Assembly: GCA_964016885.1 (NCBI GenBank)
Contig: OZ024742.1
Span: 15,438,001-15,502,000, forward strand
Direction: 5' to 3'
Source: Eledone cirrhosa
Lineage: Eukaryota
DNA length: 64,000 nucleotides
The notes beneath the pieces are model-generated. The model was not told where the DNA came from. It did not search any database and saw only the letters and a program-made list of their open reading frames with translations. Position numbers and translations under genes: made by a program. Positions within the stretch are counted from its first letter, which is position 1. Each line of letters starts with the position of its first letter. Below, piece after piece: positions 1-13,100 of the stretch.

Positions 1-337
1 GTAGGTAGTAGTAGCAGCAGTGGAAATGGCATGCTGAGGTTTGATTGGTCGAATAGGCTATGGTGGTGTGAGGGGGTGGGTGGGAGGGAAATTGTGAGGT
101 AGGCACTGAGGGTCGCATGGTAAATAACCGAGAGAGATACAATAGAATTAGAATACCGCATGATAAATATCCGAAGTTAATACACCAGTAATATTAACAA
201 TAATAACGTCATAAAAACTAAGAAACCTTCGAAAATTTATCGATAATACAGCAGGAAAACAGCAGTAATATTAACATAATAACGTCATAAGAACTAAGAT
301 ACCTTCGAAGACAAATAATATTTTAAAAGCAGTAGAC

Positions 338-3300
338 TATGGTAACGAACAATACATAAAAGGAATATGGTAACAAACGATATTTTAACGACTGGAAAAT
401 GGTAACACGATATTTTAACGACTGGAATATGGTAACAAACGATATTTTAACGACTGGAATATGGTAACAAACGATATTTTAGAGGCGATGGAATATAGTA
501 ACGAGCAATACATTAAAACTGGAATATGGTAACGAGCAATACATTAAAACTGGAATATGGTAACGAGCAATACATTAAAACTGGAATATGGTAACGAACA
601 GTACATTAAAACTGGAATATGGTAACGAACAGTACATTAAAACTGGAATATGGTAACGAACAGTACATTAAAACTGGAATATGGTAACGAACAGTACATT
701 AAAATTGGAATATGGTAACGAGCAGTACATTAAAACTGGAATATGGTAACAAGCAATACATTAAAAACTGGAATATGGTAACGAGTAGTACATTAAAAAC
801 TGGAATATAGTAACGAGCAATATATTAAAACTGGAATATGGTAACGAGCAATACATTAAAACTGGAATATAGTAACGAGCACTACATTAAAACTGGAATA
901 TGGTAACGAGTAGTACATTAAAAACTGGAATATGGTAACGAGCAATACATTAAAACTGGAATATGGTAACGAACAGTACATTAAAACTGGAATATGGTAA
1001 CGAACAGTACATTAAAACTGGAATATGGTAATGAACAGTACATTAAAACTGGAATATGGTAACGAACAGTACATTAAAACTGGAATATGGTAACGAACAG
1101 TACATTAAAACTGGAATATGGTAATGAAGAGTACATTTAAAACTGGAATATGGTAATGAACAGTACATTAAAACTGGAATATGGTAACGAACAGTACATT
1201 AAAACTGGAATATGGTAACGAGCAATACATTAAAACTGGAATATGGTAACGAACAGTACATTAAAAACTGGAATATGGTAACAAGCAATACATTAAAAAC
1301 TGGAATATGGTAACGAACAGTACATTAAAAACTGGAATATGGTAACGAACAGTACATTAAAACTGGAATATGGTAACGAGCAATACATTAAAACTGGAAT
1401 ATGGTAACGAACAGTACATTAAAAACTGGAATATGGTAACGAGCAATACATTAAAAACTGGAATATGGTAACGAACAGTACATTAAAAACTGGAATATGG
1501 TAACGAGCAATACATTAAAACTGGAATATGGTAACGAACAGTACATTAAAAACTGGAATATGGTAACGAACAGTACATTAAAAACTGGAATATGGTAACG
1601 AGCAATACATTAAAACTGGAATATGGTAATGAACAGTACATTAAAAACTAGAATATGGTAACGAGCAATACATTAAAACTGGAATATGGTAACGAGCAAT
1701 ACATTAAAACTGGAATATGGTAACGAGCAATACATTAAAACTGGAATATGGTAACGAGCAATACATTAAAACTGGAATATGGTAACGAGCAATACATTAA
1801 AACTGGAATATGGTAACGAGCAGTACATTAAAACTGGAATATGGTAACGAGCAGTACATTAAAACTGGAATATGGTAACGAGCAGTACATTAAAACTGGA
1901 ATATGGTAACGAACAGTACATCAAAAACTGGAATATGGTAACGAGCAGTACATTAAAACTGGAATATGGTAACGAGCAATACATTAAAACTGGAATATGG
2001 TAACGAGCAATACATTAAAACTGGAATATGGTAACGAGCAATACATTAAAAACTGGAATATGGTAACGAGCAATACATTAAAACTGGAATATGGTAACGA
2101 GCAGTACATTAAAAACTGGAATATGGTAACGAGCAATACATTAAAAACTGGAATATGGTAACGAGCAATACATTAAGACTGGAATATGGTAACGAGCAGT
2201 ACATTAAAAACTGGAATATGGTAACGAGCAGTACATTAAAAACTGGAATATGGTAACGAGCAATACATTAAAAACTGGAATATGGTAACGAGTAATACAT
2301 TAAAACTGGAATATGGTAACGAGCAATACATTAAAACTGGAATATGGTAACAAGCAATACATTAAAAACTGGAATATGGTAACGAGCAATACATTAAAAA
2401 CTGGAATATGGTAACGAACAGTACATTAAAAACTGGAATATGGTAACGAGCAATACATTAAAACTGGAATATGGTAACGAACAGTACATTAAAAACTGGA
2501 ATATGGTAACGAACAGTACATTAAAAACTGGAATATGGTAACGAGCAATACATTAAAACTGGAATATGGTAATGAACAGTACATTAAAAACTGGAATATG
2601 GTAACGAGCAATACATTAAAACTGGAATATGGTAACGAGCAATACATTAAAACTGGAATATGGTAACGAGCAATACATTAAAACTGGAATATGGTAACGA
2701 GCAATACATTAAAACTGGAATATGGTAACGAGCAATACATTAAAACTGGAATATGGTAACGAGCAGTACATTAAAACTGGAATATGGTAACGAGCAGTAC
2801 ATTAAAACTGGAATATGGTAACGAGCAGTACATTAAAACTGGAATATGGTAACGAACAGTACATCAAAAACTGGAATATGGTAACGAGCAGTACATTAAA
2901 ACTGGAATATGGTAACGAGCAATACATTAAAACTGGAATATGGTAACGAGCAATACATTAAAACTGGAATATGGTAACGAGCAATACATTAAAAACTGGA
3001 ATATGGTAACGAGCAATACATTAAAACTGGAATATGGTAACGAGCAGTACATTAAAAAACTGGAATATGGTAACGAGCAATACATTAAAAACTGGAATAT
3101 GGTAACGAGCAATACATTAAGACTGGAATATGGTAACGAGCAGTACATTAAAAACTGGAATATGGTAACGAGCAGTACATTAAAAACTGGAATATGGTAA
3201 CGAGCAATACATTAAAAACTGGAATATGGTAACGAGCAATACATTAAAACTGGAATATGGTAACGAGCAATACATTAAAACTGGAATATGGTAACAAGTA

Positions 3301-3805
3301 ATACATTAAAAACTGGAATATGGTAACGAGCAATACATTAAAACTGGAATATGGTAACGAGCAGTACATTAAAACTGGAATATGGTAACGAGCAGTACAT
3401 TAAAAACTGGAATATGGTAACGAGCAATACATTAAAAACTGGAATATGGTAACGAGCAGTACATTAAAAACTGGAATATGGTAACGAGCAGTACATTAAA
3501 AACTGGAATATGGTAACGAGCAATACATTAAAAACTGGAATATGGTAACGAGCAATACATTAAAAACTGGAATATGGTAACGAGCAATACATTAAAACTG
3601 GAATATGGTAACGAGCAATACATTAAAAACTGGAATATGGTAACGAGCAATACATTAAAACTGGAATATGGTAACGAGCAATACATTAAAACTGGAATAT
3701 GGTAACGAGCAGTACATTAAAACTGGAATATGGTAACGAGCAGTACATTAAAACTGGAATATGGTAGTTAATAATAATTTAAATGAAGTAGAATATGGTA
3801 ACGAA
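338..3805. repeat. 30/31-bp minisatellite, consensus AAAACTGGAATATGGTAACGAGCAATACATT, roughly 110 copies, probably intronic
   Basis: Direct tandem repetition with degenerate copies at both edges. It lies just upstream of a splice acceptor. Confidence 0.97.
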
Positions 3806-3877
3806 TACTATTTTAAAGCTCTTTAAAAAATTTTTCTTCTTTTTTCTCTCATGTTAATATATTTCATCATTATATAG

Positions 3878-4029
3878 CAGCAGCAGCAGCAGCAACAGCA
3901 GCAACAGCAGCAGCAGCAACAACAACAACAGCAGCAGCAGCCTAACCAGCCGGCGACACAACAAGCGACCACTCCGCAGCAGCAGCATCACCATATGCGA
4001 CAGAACCACATCCAAATGTTACAGCAACA

Positions 4030-4062
<33 letters not shown>

Positions 4063-4213
4063 GCACCGTGTCCCAGTTTCTCAATCACATAATGTGACAA
4101 TGGGCTCAGCTCCAGGCCAACAGATGCCAGGCCCTCCCGGCATGGCACCGCCACCTTCAGGCATGCCCCAAACTGCAGGGCAGAACTATGGTGAAGACTT
4201 TGACCTGCTATAA
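3878..4213 (+). CDS. Terminal coding exon of a host gene: Gln/Pro/Gly-rich low-complexity C-terminus ending QNYGEDFDLL* (probable transcriptional regulator, identity unknown)
   Basis: Pyrimidine tract at ~3830-3850 and AG at 3876-3877. The frame is open from 3878 (CAG/CAA runs) in phase with ORF 3995..4213 and ends at TAA, followed by AT-rich UTR-like sequence. Confidence 0.75.
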
Positions 4214-4227
4214 CTAAAGACTATCAA

Positions 4228-4233
4228 AATAAA
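4228..4233 (+). promoter_or_regulatory. Candidate polyadenylation signal AATAAA (alternatives at 4562 and 7560)
   Basis: Hexamer match downstream of the stop codon only. Confidence 0.25.
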
Positions 4234-4832
4234 CTCCTTTAAGCTCGTCTCACAACAACATCACAACCATCAATATATCACTGTATATATGTATATGTGT
4301 TTTCCTGGCCATTTCAATGTACTTTTGGGTCCCAAATAGTAGGGGTGGGGTTGGAATAAGTAGGGGCAGAGGTTGGAAAATTGATAATGTTTCTAGGTTG
4401 TCTCCTTTGATTAAAAAAACCCCCCAGAATTAGTCATTTAGTTTACATATTGAGAGCCCCCTACTCATCCTCTTTATTTTATAATATATGGGATTTTTAG
4501 TAGTGTACTTTTTGTGTCATGTACAAAAGAAATTATCGCAGGAATGCTACCACTTGATTGAAATAAAATTCCGCTGGAGATAGATTAGAGGGGTGGCGGT
4601 GGAAAGATCTGGAAAATTAATAAGGGGGCGGGGTTTATTATTGAAGAGCTGAGAGTAGGTAGGTATTTGTGTGTGTGTATTACACACACACACATACACA
4701 CCTTATATTGTTTAAAGAGATTGGATAAAATAATCCATTATTTTTATTTATTTTATTTTTGTGTCACTGTATTATTGCTTTAATCTCCTTTCATCGTTAT
4801 ACTCATGTTAGTGTGGAAGATGATGATGACCC

Positions 4833-5275
4833 CTCTAACACACCCCACCACCTGTTCTGCTGTATACCCCCCTAGCTAACACCCCACCAGGTTTAGTATA
4901 GCCTGTTCTGCTGTATACCCCCCTACCTAACACCCCACCTGGTTTAGTATAGCCTGTTCTGCTGTATACCCCCCCTCTAGCTAACACCCCCACCAGGTTT
5001 AGTATAGCCTGTTCTGCTGTATACCCCCCCTACCTAACACCCCACCAGGTTTAGTATAGCCTGTTCTGCTGTATACCCCCCCTAGCTAACACCCCCACCA
5101 GGGTTAGTATAGCCTGTTCTGCTGTATACCCCCCTAGCTAACACCCCCACCAGGTTTAGTATAGCCTGTTCTGCTGTATACCCCCCCTAGCTAACACCCC
5201 CACCAGGGTTAGTATAGCCTGTTCTGCTGTATAACCCCCTAGCTAACACCCCCACCAGGTTTAGTATAGCCTATT
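4833..5275. repeat. ~60-bp minisatellite (CTAGCTAACACCCCCACCAGGTTTAGTATAGCCTGTTCTGCTGTATACCCCC), about 7 copies
   Basis: Tandem copies differing mainly in C-run length. Confidence 0.95.
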
Positions 5276-5295
5276 CTTTTCTCACTATAAGATAG

Positions 5296-7410
5296 GACAC
5301 TTAAGTATCCCTCCCCCCCAACTGTTAATTACCAGTCAGATGTCCACTTAAGTACCCCGTCAACTGTTAATTACCTGTCAGATGTCCACTTAAGTACTCC
5401 GTCAACTGTTAATTACCTGTCAGATGTCCACTTAAGTACCCCCCCCAACTGTTAATTACCTGTCAGATGTCCGCTTAAGTACCCCCCAACTGTTAATTAC
5501 CTGTCAGATGTCCACTTAAGCAACCCTCCCTCAAACTGTTAATTACCTGTCAGATGTCCACTTAAGTACCCCCCAGCTGTTAATTACCTGTCAGATGTCC
5601 ACTTAAGTACCCCCTCAACTGTTAATTACTTGTCAGATGTCCACTTAAGTACGCCGTCAACTGTTAATTACCAGTCAGATGTCCACTTAAGTACCCCGTC
5701 AACTGTTAATTACCTGTTAGATGTCCACTTAAGTACCCTCCTTAACTGTTAATTACCTGTCAGATGTCACTTAAGCACTCTCCCCCCCCAACTGTTAATT
5801 ACCTGTCAGATGTCCACTTAAGTACCCCCTCAACTGTTAATTACCTGTCAGATGTCCACTTAAGTATGCCGTCAACTGTTAATTACCAGTCAGATGTCCA
5901 CTTAAGTACCCCGTCAACTGTTAATTACCTGTCAGATGTCCACTTAAGTACCCCCAACTGTTAATTACCTGTCAGATGTCCACTTAAGTACCCCGTCAAC
6001 TGTTAATTACCTGTCAGATGTCCACTTAAGCACCCCCAGCTGTTAATTACCTGTAAGATGTCCACTTAAGCACCCCCAGCTGTTAATTACCTGTCAGATG
6101 TCCACTTAAGTACCCCCCAGCTGTTAATTACCGGTCAGATGTCCACTTAAGCACCCCTCCCCCAAACTGTTAATTACCTGTCAGATGTCCACTTAAGTAC
6201 CCCGTCAAATGTTAATTACCTGTCAGATGTCCACTTAAGTACCCTCCTTAATTGTTAATTACCTGTCAGACGTCCACTTAAGCACCCTCCCCCCCCCAAC
6301 TGTTAATTACCTGTCAGACGTCCACTTAAGCACCCCCCCCCAACTGTTAATTACCTGTCAGATGTCCACTTAAGTACCCCCCAGCTGTTAATTACCTGTC
6401 AGATGTCCACTTAAGTACCCCATCAACTGTTAATTACCTGTCAGATGTCCACTTAAGTACACCGTCAACTGTTAATTACCTGTCAGATGTCCACTTAAGT
6501 ACCCCCCAGCTGTTAATTACCTGTCAGATGTCCACTTAAGTACCTCCCCCCCCCCAACTGTTAATTACCTTTCAGATGTTCACTTAAGTACCCCCCCAGC
6601 TGTTACCTGTCAGATGTCCACTTAAGTACCCCCCAGCTGTTAATTACCTGTCAGATGTCCACTTAAGTACCCCTCAACTGTTAATTACCTGTCAGATGTC
6701 CACTTAAGTACCCCCCAGCTGTTACCTGTCAGATGTCCACTTAAGTACCCCGTCAACTGTTAAATACCTGTCAGATGTCCACTTAAGTACCCCGTCAACT
6801 GTTAATTACCTGTCAGATGTCCACTTAAGTACCCCCCAGCTGTTAATTACCTGTCAGATGTCCACTTAAGTACCCCGTCAACTATTAATTACCTGTCAGA
6901 TGTCCATTTAAGTACCCCGTCAATTGTTAATTACCTGTCAGATGTCCACTTAAGTACCCCGTCAACTGTTAATTACCTGCCAGATGTCCACTTAAGTACT
7001 CCGTCAACTGTTAATTACCTGTCAGATGTCCACTTAAGTACCCCGTCAACTGTTAATTACCTGTCAGATGTCCACTTAAGTATCCCGTCAACTGTTAATT
7101 ACCTGTCAGATGTCCATTTAAGTACCCCGTCAACTGTTAATTACCTGCCAGATGTCCACTTAAGTACCCCGTCAACTGTTAATTACCTGTCAGATGTCCA
7201 CTTAAGTATCCCGTCAACTGTTAATTACCTGTCAGATGTCCACTTAAGTATCCCGTCAACTGTTAATTACCTGTCAGATGTCCACTTAAGTACCCCGTCA
7301 ACTGTTAATTACCTGCCAGATGTCCACTTAAGTACCCCGTCAACTGTTAATTACCTGTCAGATGTCCACTTAAGTATCCCGTCAACTGTTAATTACCTGT
7401 CAGATGTCTA
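5296..7410. repeat. ~42-bp minisatellite (AACTGTTAATTACCTGTCAGATGTCCACTTAAGTACCCCGTC), about 50 copies
   Basis: Tandem copies with a constant core and a variable C-rich linker. Confidence 0.97.
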
Positions 7411-7889
7411 CCTTTCTCATAGAAATCAGAAACCCAATATATATGAAACAAACTAAAAAAAAAAAATAAGAAAACAATATATTTTACTGTCTTTTATCAA
7501 AGATCTTTGCTGTAAAACTAAAAATTACAAATAATTATACGAAAGTAAATTATGAAAACAATAAATTATATTAAAGAAAATTATAATGAATAATCTTTTG
7601 TTGACTCTTTTCTTACAAGATCAAGTGAAAGCATGTGACTTGGTAGTTAAGGTGTTTAAGACATGATCAGAATTTTGTGGGATGAAGAGCAGGGTTAGGG
7701 TTGCTGGGGTTTGAACTCATCGTGCAATGTATACTGCAAAGCATCTGATCTGACTGGAACTGGGTGGTCTCGTTATAAAAAGGAGTCTGGTCAATTGGTC
7801 GGACCATACCCAGTTCAGAAGCGGATCCATATTTGAGAATTGGGTTGACCAGTAATGGTGTAGGTCGAGGCTTGCTCATAGTGGAGCCT

Positions 7890-8110
7890 GTGTTTTGACT
7901 GGATGCCTTTTCTAACACCAAACCGTTACAGTGTGTGACTGGCTGGTCACACTTATGAGGCTTGTCTGTCCAGTCAGCTGCGCCAAACCCTGTTCATATG
8001 GGATCGCGTTTTGGCTGGGTTTTTATAGCTGCTAGATGCTCTTCCTAACACCAACCACGTTTACAATATGTGACTGGGTGGTCACACTTATGAAGCATGT
8101 CTGCCAGTTA
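7890..8110 (-). mobile_element. Two decayed remnants of an RTE-related/SINE segment (TGGTGTTAGGAAGGGCATCC motif)
   Basis: GGATGCCTTTTCTAACACCAA (~7901) and GATGCTCTTCCTAACACCAACCAC (~8035) match the motif in the RTE UTRs elsewhere in the window. Confidence 0.55.
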
Positions 8111-8947
8111 GCTGCACTGTACCCTGCTCATACTGGACCACGTTACCATATTTCTAATGTAAGACATTGCCGATGTCATTAAACCTTTCATTATCATGTT
8201 TTTATATTTTGTCTTCCTAATTCGAGCGAATTTGGTTGCAATTTCTATCAAATGGAGTTTAGTTTTATCTCCAGGTCAGACCTGAGTGACCAAGACGAGG
8301 TTATCTGACTTGTATGATCAAATATATTTCAGGCGTGATATTCCTGTGTTTATATGAGTTTCTCAGTTTTGTCTGCAGTGTGCAACCTAAACACCATCTC
8401 GCCCAAGGTATAGAGCCTATCACCATCTCGCCTTTCCCCTCCCTTCCGTGGTCTAATAGACCTTTCGTGGCTAATAAAATAAAGTACCAGTTAAGTAATG
8501 GGGTTGACATAACTGATTCTCTTCCCTGTCAGATTGCTAATTTTGTGCATAATAGTCGTTGCTCTTCCCTCCTTTTCTTCTAATTTATAGTCCTTTCCTC
8601 TACAACCAGATCTGACCTTCAATTTCACCTCTTTTCATTAGTATTTTTATCTTTTTTCTCATATTTCCATAACTATATAACCTCTGTTTGTAAGATATAG
8701 TTGACATGGTTATATATAAATGATTAAATAAAAACATTTGTGTATATAGTCTAAACAATTATACTATAGTCTACAAAAAACTGTCTTATAGTCAAATGTC
8801 TTTCAGTGTTTTAAAACGAGGGAGAGGGAAATATTTAGCTGCTATTTCTAGCAAGCTGGGAGACAACCGCAACGGAGATAACTCTGTCACTTGAAATTTT
8901 CTGTGACTTTGCTTTTATAAATAATATATTTTTTTCAAAATAATGTA

Positions 8948-8949
<2 letters not shown>

Positions 8950-8999
<50 letters not shown>

Positions 9000-9127
9000 G
9001 TATATATATATATATACATATATATATACATATATATATATGTATATATATGTATATATATATATATATGTATATATATGTATATATATATATATATATG
9101 TATATATATGTATATATATATATATAT
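8950..9127. repeat. (TA)n microsatellite
   Basis: Direct inspection. Confidence 0.98.
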
Positions 9128-9915
9128 TTTGTTAATCGCTTGTTAAATGCAAGGACCCCATTCAATCATTACCTTCTATCTAACGTATTTTCAAACCTCA
9201 ATCCCTAATTCTAGCGTATCTTCAAAACAATCCATATTTCGTATCAAGTCCAAATAGCCAATCTATCGCTAAAACAAACTACATTTTTTGTTTTTATTAA
9301 TTGTTAAATACGAAAGTTTTTGGTCGTATTGAACAGAACAAATTTTGTATTTTTGTTAATCGCTTGTTAAATGCAAGGACCCCATTCAATCATTACCTTC
9401 TATCTAGCGTATTTTCAAACCTTAATTCCTAACGTATTTTCAAACCTCAATCCCTAATTCTAGCGTATCTTCAAAACAAAAAAAACAAAATCCTTTCCTT
9501 CCTTCTTCGAAGGCATGGGGCGGTCAAACGCCTAACACACACAACCATCATGCGGCCACCCCCCCTCTCTCTCTATATATATATACATATATGATAGGAA
9601 TTCACTTCGCCAAATTTCATTGATTGCTGTCTATCCCACGATATTCATGTAACGTAATGTACAGATTTTCATTTCTCTGCCTCCACAAATCCTAATTCTA
9701 GCGTATTTTAATCCTAATTCTAGCGTATTTTCAAAACTCCATATTTCGTATCAAGTCCAAATAGCCAATCTATCGCTAAAACAAACTATATTTTTTGTTT
9801 TTATTAATTGTTAAATACGAAAGTTTTTGGTCGTATTGAACAGAACAAATTTTGTATTTTTGTTAATCGCTTGTTAAATGCAAGGACCCCATTCAATCAT
9901 TACCTTCTATCTAGC
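9127..9915. repeat. Local imperfect duplication/triplication of a ~225-bp AT-rich block
   Basis: TTTTGTTAATCGCTTGTTAAATGCAAGGACCCCATTCAATCATTACCTTCTATCTA occurs at ~9127, ~9352 and ~9858. CCATATTTCGTATCAAGTCCAAATAGCC occurs at ~9232 and ~9739. Confidence 0.85.
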
Positions 9916-10139
9916 TACACAACACCCCTCCCACCCCCACGCTCCACCATTGCTATTACGTGGACGAATCATAAAACAGAGCCCCCACGCATCACCAGTA
10001 TTATTACGCGGACCAATCAGAAGCCAGAGGCCTATACTATCGCTTGCCTGGTTGCCTTTCGATATATGATGGATGGATGGACTGCGGAATCCTGGAGAGT
10101 GGAGGAGAGAGAGAGAAAAATCTGGACGCTCAAGCGACA

Positions 10140-13100
10140 ATGCCAAAGATAAAGACAAATTCACCTCTTGGACGAGAATGCGAGCACTCCTCATTGTTTC
10201 GACCGCGGACGGCTAACATAACCCCATCGCCCCCCGCCCCTCACCGCCCCCAACCCCCAAACGCAATCCAAAACTTCAGAGTTGGTACCATAAATGTAGG
10301 CACCCTAAAGGGTCGCGCTAACGAGGTTGTAGAAATGCTTGAACGTAAGGAGGTCGATGTTTGTTGTATTCAAGAGACCAGGTGGAGGGGTGGGTCTGCT
10401 AGGTTCATTGAGGGTAAAAAACGATGTTATAAGCTTTTCTGGGTGGGAAACGACGATGGGCTGGGTGGAGTAGGAATCATGGTAGCAGAAAAGTGGGCAG
10501 ATAAGATAATAGACGTAAATAGAGTGAACGACAGAATAATTAAAATACGACTTGTCCTCAATAGAACTACGGTGACAGTAATATCCGCGTACGCACCCCA
10601 ATCCGGACTGCCCGGCACTATAAAAGACAGATTCTATGAGACACTGATGCTAACTACCTCCCAAATATCCGACAGTGACTATATAATTATCGCAGGCGAC
10701 CTAAATGGTCACGTTGGACAACATTGTGACGGCTACGATGAAATCCATGGAGGCTATGGGTTTGGTACTAGAAATGAGGAAGGCTCCAGAATCCTGGAAT
10801 TCTGTGATGCAAATAACCTAACAATCTGTAACACTAACTTCAAAAAACGTGACAATCACCTGATCACCTATAGATCCGGGGAACACACAAGCCAGGTAGA
10901 TTATATCCTTACCAGAAGACGTGACAGAGTGTCTGTTGTAAACACTAAATCCCTCCCCCATGAAGAATGCACCTCCCAACATAGACTGATAATTAGCGAC
11001 CTCATAGTCAGGACGAGACGTACTCGACAGCAGAAGAGGACTGTCCTCAGGAGAAAAATATGGAAGCTAAAGGACCCCACAGCCAGGAATAAATTTCAAA
11101 GCATATTACTTGATGCTTTCGACAGTAAGGAAGAACATTTAGAGTCGGACAATATAGAGGGAGAGTGGGAATTTATGAAAGCAAACCTGCTGTTGGCGAC
11201 AGACAAAGTCTGTGGCTGGAGCAGGCCTGTAGGCAGGAGGAGAATAACATGGTGGTGGAACAGTAAGGTGGAGGGGTCAATTAAGGCCAAAAAGCAGGCT
11301 TGGAAAGTATGGCGGGATGGGGGAAGTAGAGAAGACTATCAAGTGGCCAGGAGGGAAGCTAGGAGACAAGTGTACTTAGCAAGAAGGGAAGCTGAGGAAA
11401 GAAAGTTCAAGCATGTTCTACAACGCGATGACCAAAAACGTGAGGTGTTCAGGATTGCTAGGCAATGCGTCAAGGAGAACCGTGATATTGTCGGGGAGAA
11501 GTGTGTACTAAACGACGATGGCACACTTGCCATCACCGACGCTGATAAGAAGGTAGCTTGGAAGTGTCACTATGAAAGGCTACTAAATGAGGAGAATAAA
11601 TGGGAGAAAGACAGTCTCCCCCATATCGACCCAATAGAGGGACCAGCAGTGTTAGTCGAGGGGAGTATAATAAGTAAGGCAATCAAGGATATGAAGACGG
11701 GTAAGGCGGCTGGGCCTTCGGAAATAGTTGCTGAGATGCTGAAGGCATCTGGCACGGTGGGACACACCATGGTCACCCGCATAGTTAACCAAGTCGTACA
11801 GAATGGGGTTGTTCCGAAGGACTGGCATAGCAGCATCATCGTTAACTGTTATAAGGGTAAAGGAGACGCCCTAGATAGGAGTAACTATAGAGGCATTAAA
11901 TTAATCGACCAGGTCATGAAGGTCACGGAAAAAGTAATAGCGCAACTAATCAGAGAGAGAATTGACCTAGATGAAATGCAGTTCGGGTTTGTGTCAGGCA
12001 AAAGTACCACAGACGCTCTTTTCATAGTACGACAACTACAGGAGAAGTACCTAGCTAAAGGTAAACCCCTCTACTTAGCTTTTGTCGACTTGGAGAAAGC
12101 CTTCGACAGAGTCCCCCGCTCCATTATCTGGTGGGCTCTTAGAAAACTAGGCGTTGACGAATGGCTTGTGAGGGCTATACAAGCCATGTATAAAGAAACA
12201 GTCAGCAAGGTTAGAATTAACAACGAATATAGTGAAGAGTTTAGCGTAAAAGTTGGCGTCCATCAGGGCTCTGTTCTCAGCCCACTACTATTTATTATTG
12301 CCCTTCAGGCTATAACAGAGGAGTTCAAGACAGGCTGCCCATGGGAACTCCTATACGCAGACGACCTGACACTCATAGCGGAATCAATGGCCGAGCTAGA
12401 GAAGAAATTCCAAACATGGAAGCACGGCCTAGAGTCAAAAGGACTTAAAATTAACCTGGCTAAGACCAAAGTACTAGTTTGTAGGAAAGAAAACAAGGCG
12501 GCGGTCCCTTCTGGGAAATGGTCGTGCTCGGTGTGTAGGAAAGGCGTAGGTAGAAACTCCATTTTATGTCCTAAATGCAAAGTATGGGTGCATAAAAGAT
12601 GTAGTGGGATCACAGGTAAGCTAACTAAGAACATAGATTTTACATGTGGCCGGTGCTCTGGTGCAATAAGTAGCAGCAAGTGCCCACAAAATACTAGCTC
12701 TTTCAATTGCGCAGAGGGTTCTATAGAAATAGTGGACAGCTTCCGTTACCTGGGCGATAAAATCAGCAGTGGGGGAGGGTGCTCTGAAAGTACTGTAGCT
12801 AGAGTCAGAACTGGTTGGAAAAAGTTCAGAGAGCTTATACCACTATTAGCTGCTAAAGGGTTCTCCCTAAAAATGAAAGGCAGGTTGTACGATGCCTGCA
12901 TACGAACAGCAATGCTGCATGGCAGTGAGACCTGGGCATTGTGTGCAGAGGATATACGCAGACTAGAGAGGAACGAAGCTTGCATGCTCCGCTGGATGTG
13001 TAACAGTAATATACGTGAACGGCAAAGCATAAACGAACTAAGGAAAAAATTAGAGATAAGAGGGATCAGATGTTGTTTACTCGAGAGAAGGCTACGTTGG

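Noticed and set aside
338-3805. CRISPR-like 30-bp repeat
   Set aside because: Units are directly adjacent with no unique spacers, there are no cas genes, and the context is eukaryotic.
3878-4213. Naming the poly-Q gene (e.g. a Mediator subunit)
   Set aside because: Only low-complexity sequence is visible, so no diagnostic domain supports a symbol.
5296-7410. Constant repeat with variable linker resembling a CRISPR array
   Set aside because: Linkers are only ~5-15 nt C-run slippage variants, not unique spacers.
10169-10220. HDV-like ribozyme words (CTCCTCAT..GG..CTAA) near the RTE start
   Set aside because: P1/P1.1/P2 spacing does not fit and the segment lies within the ORF.
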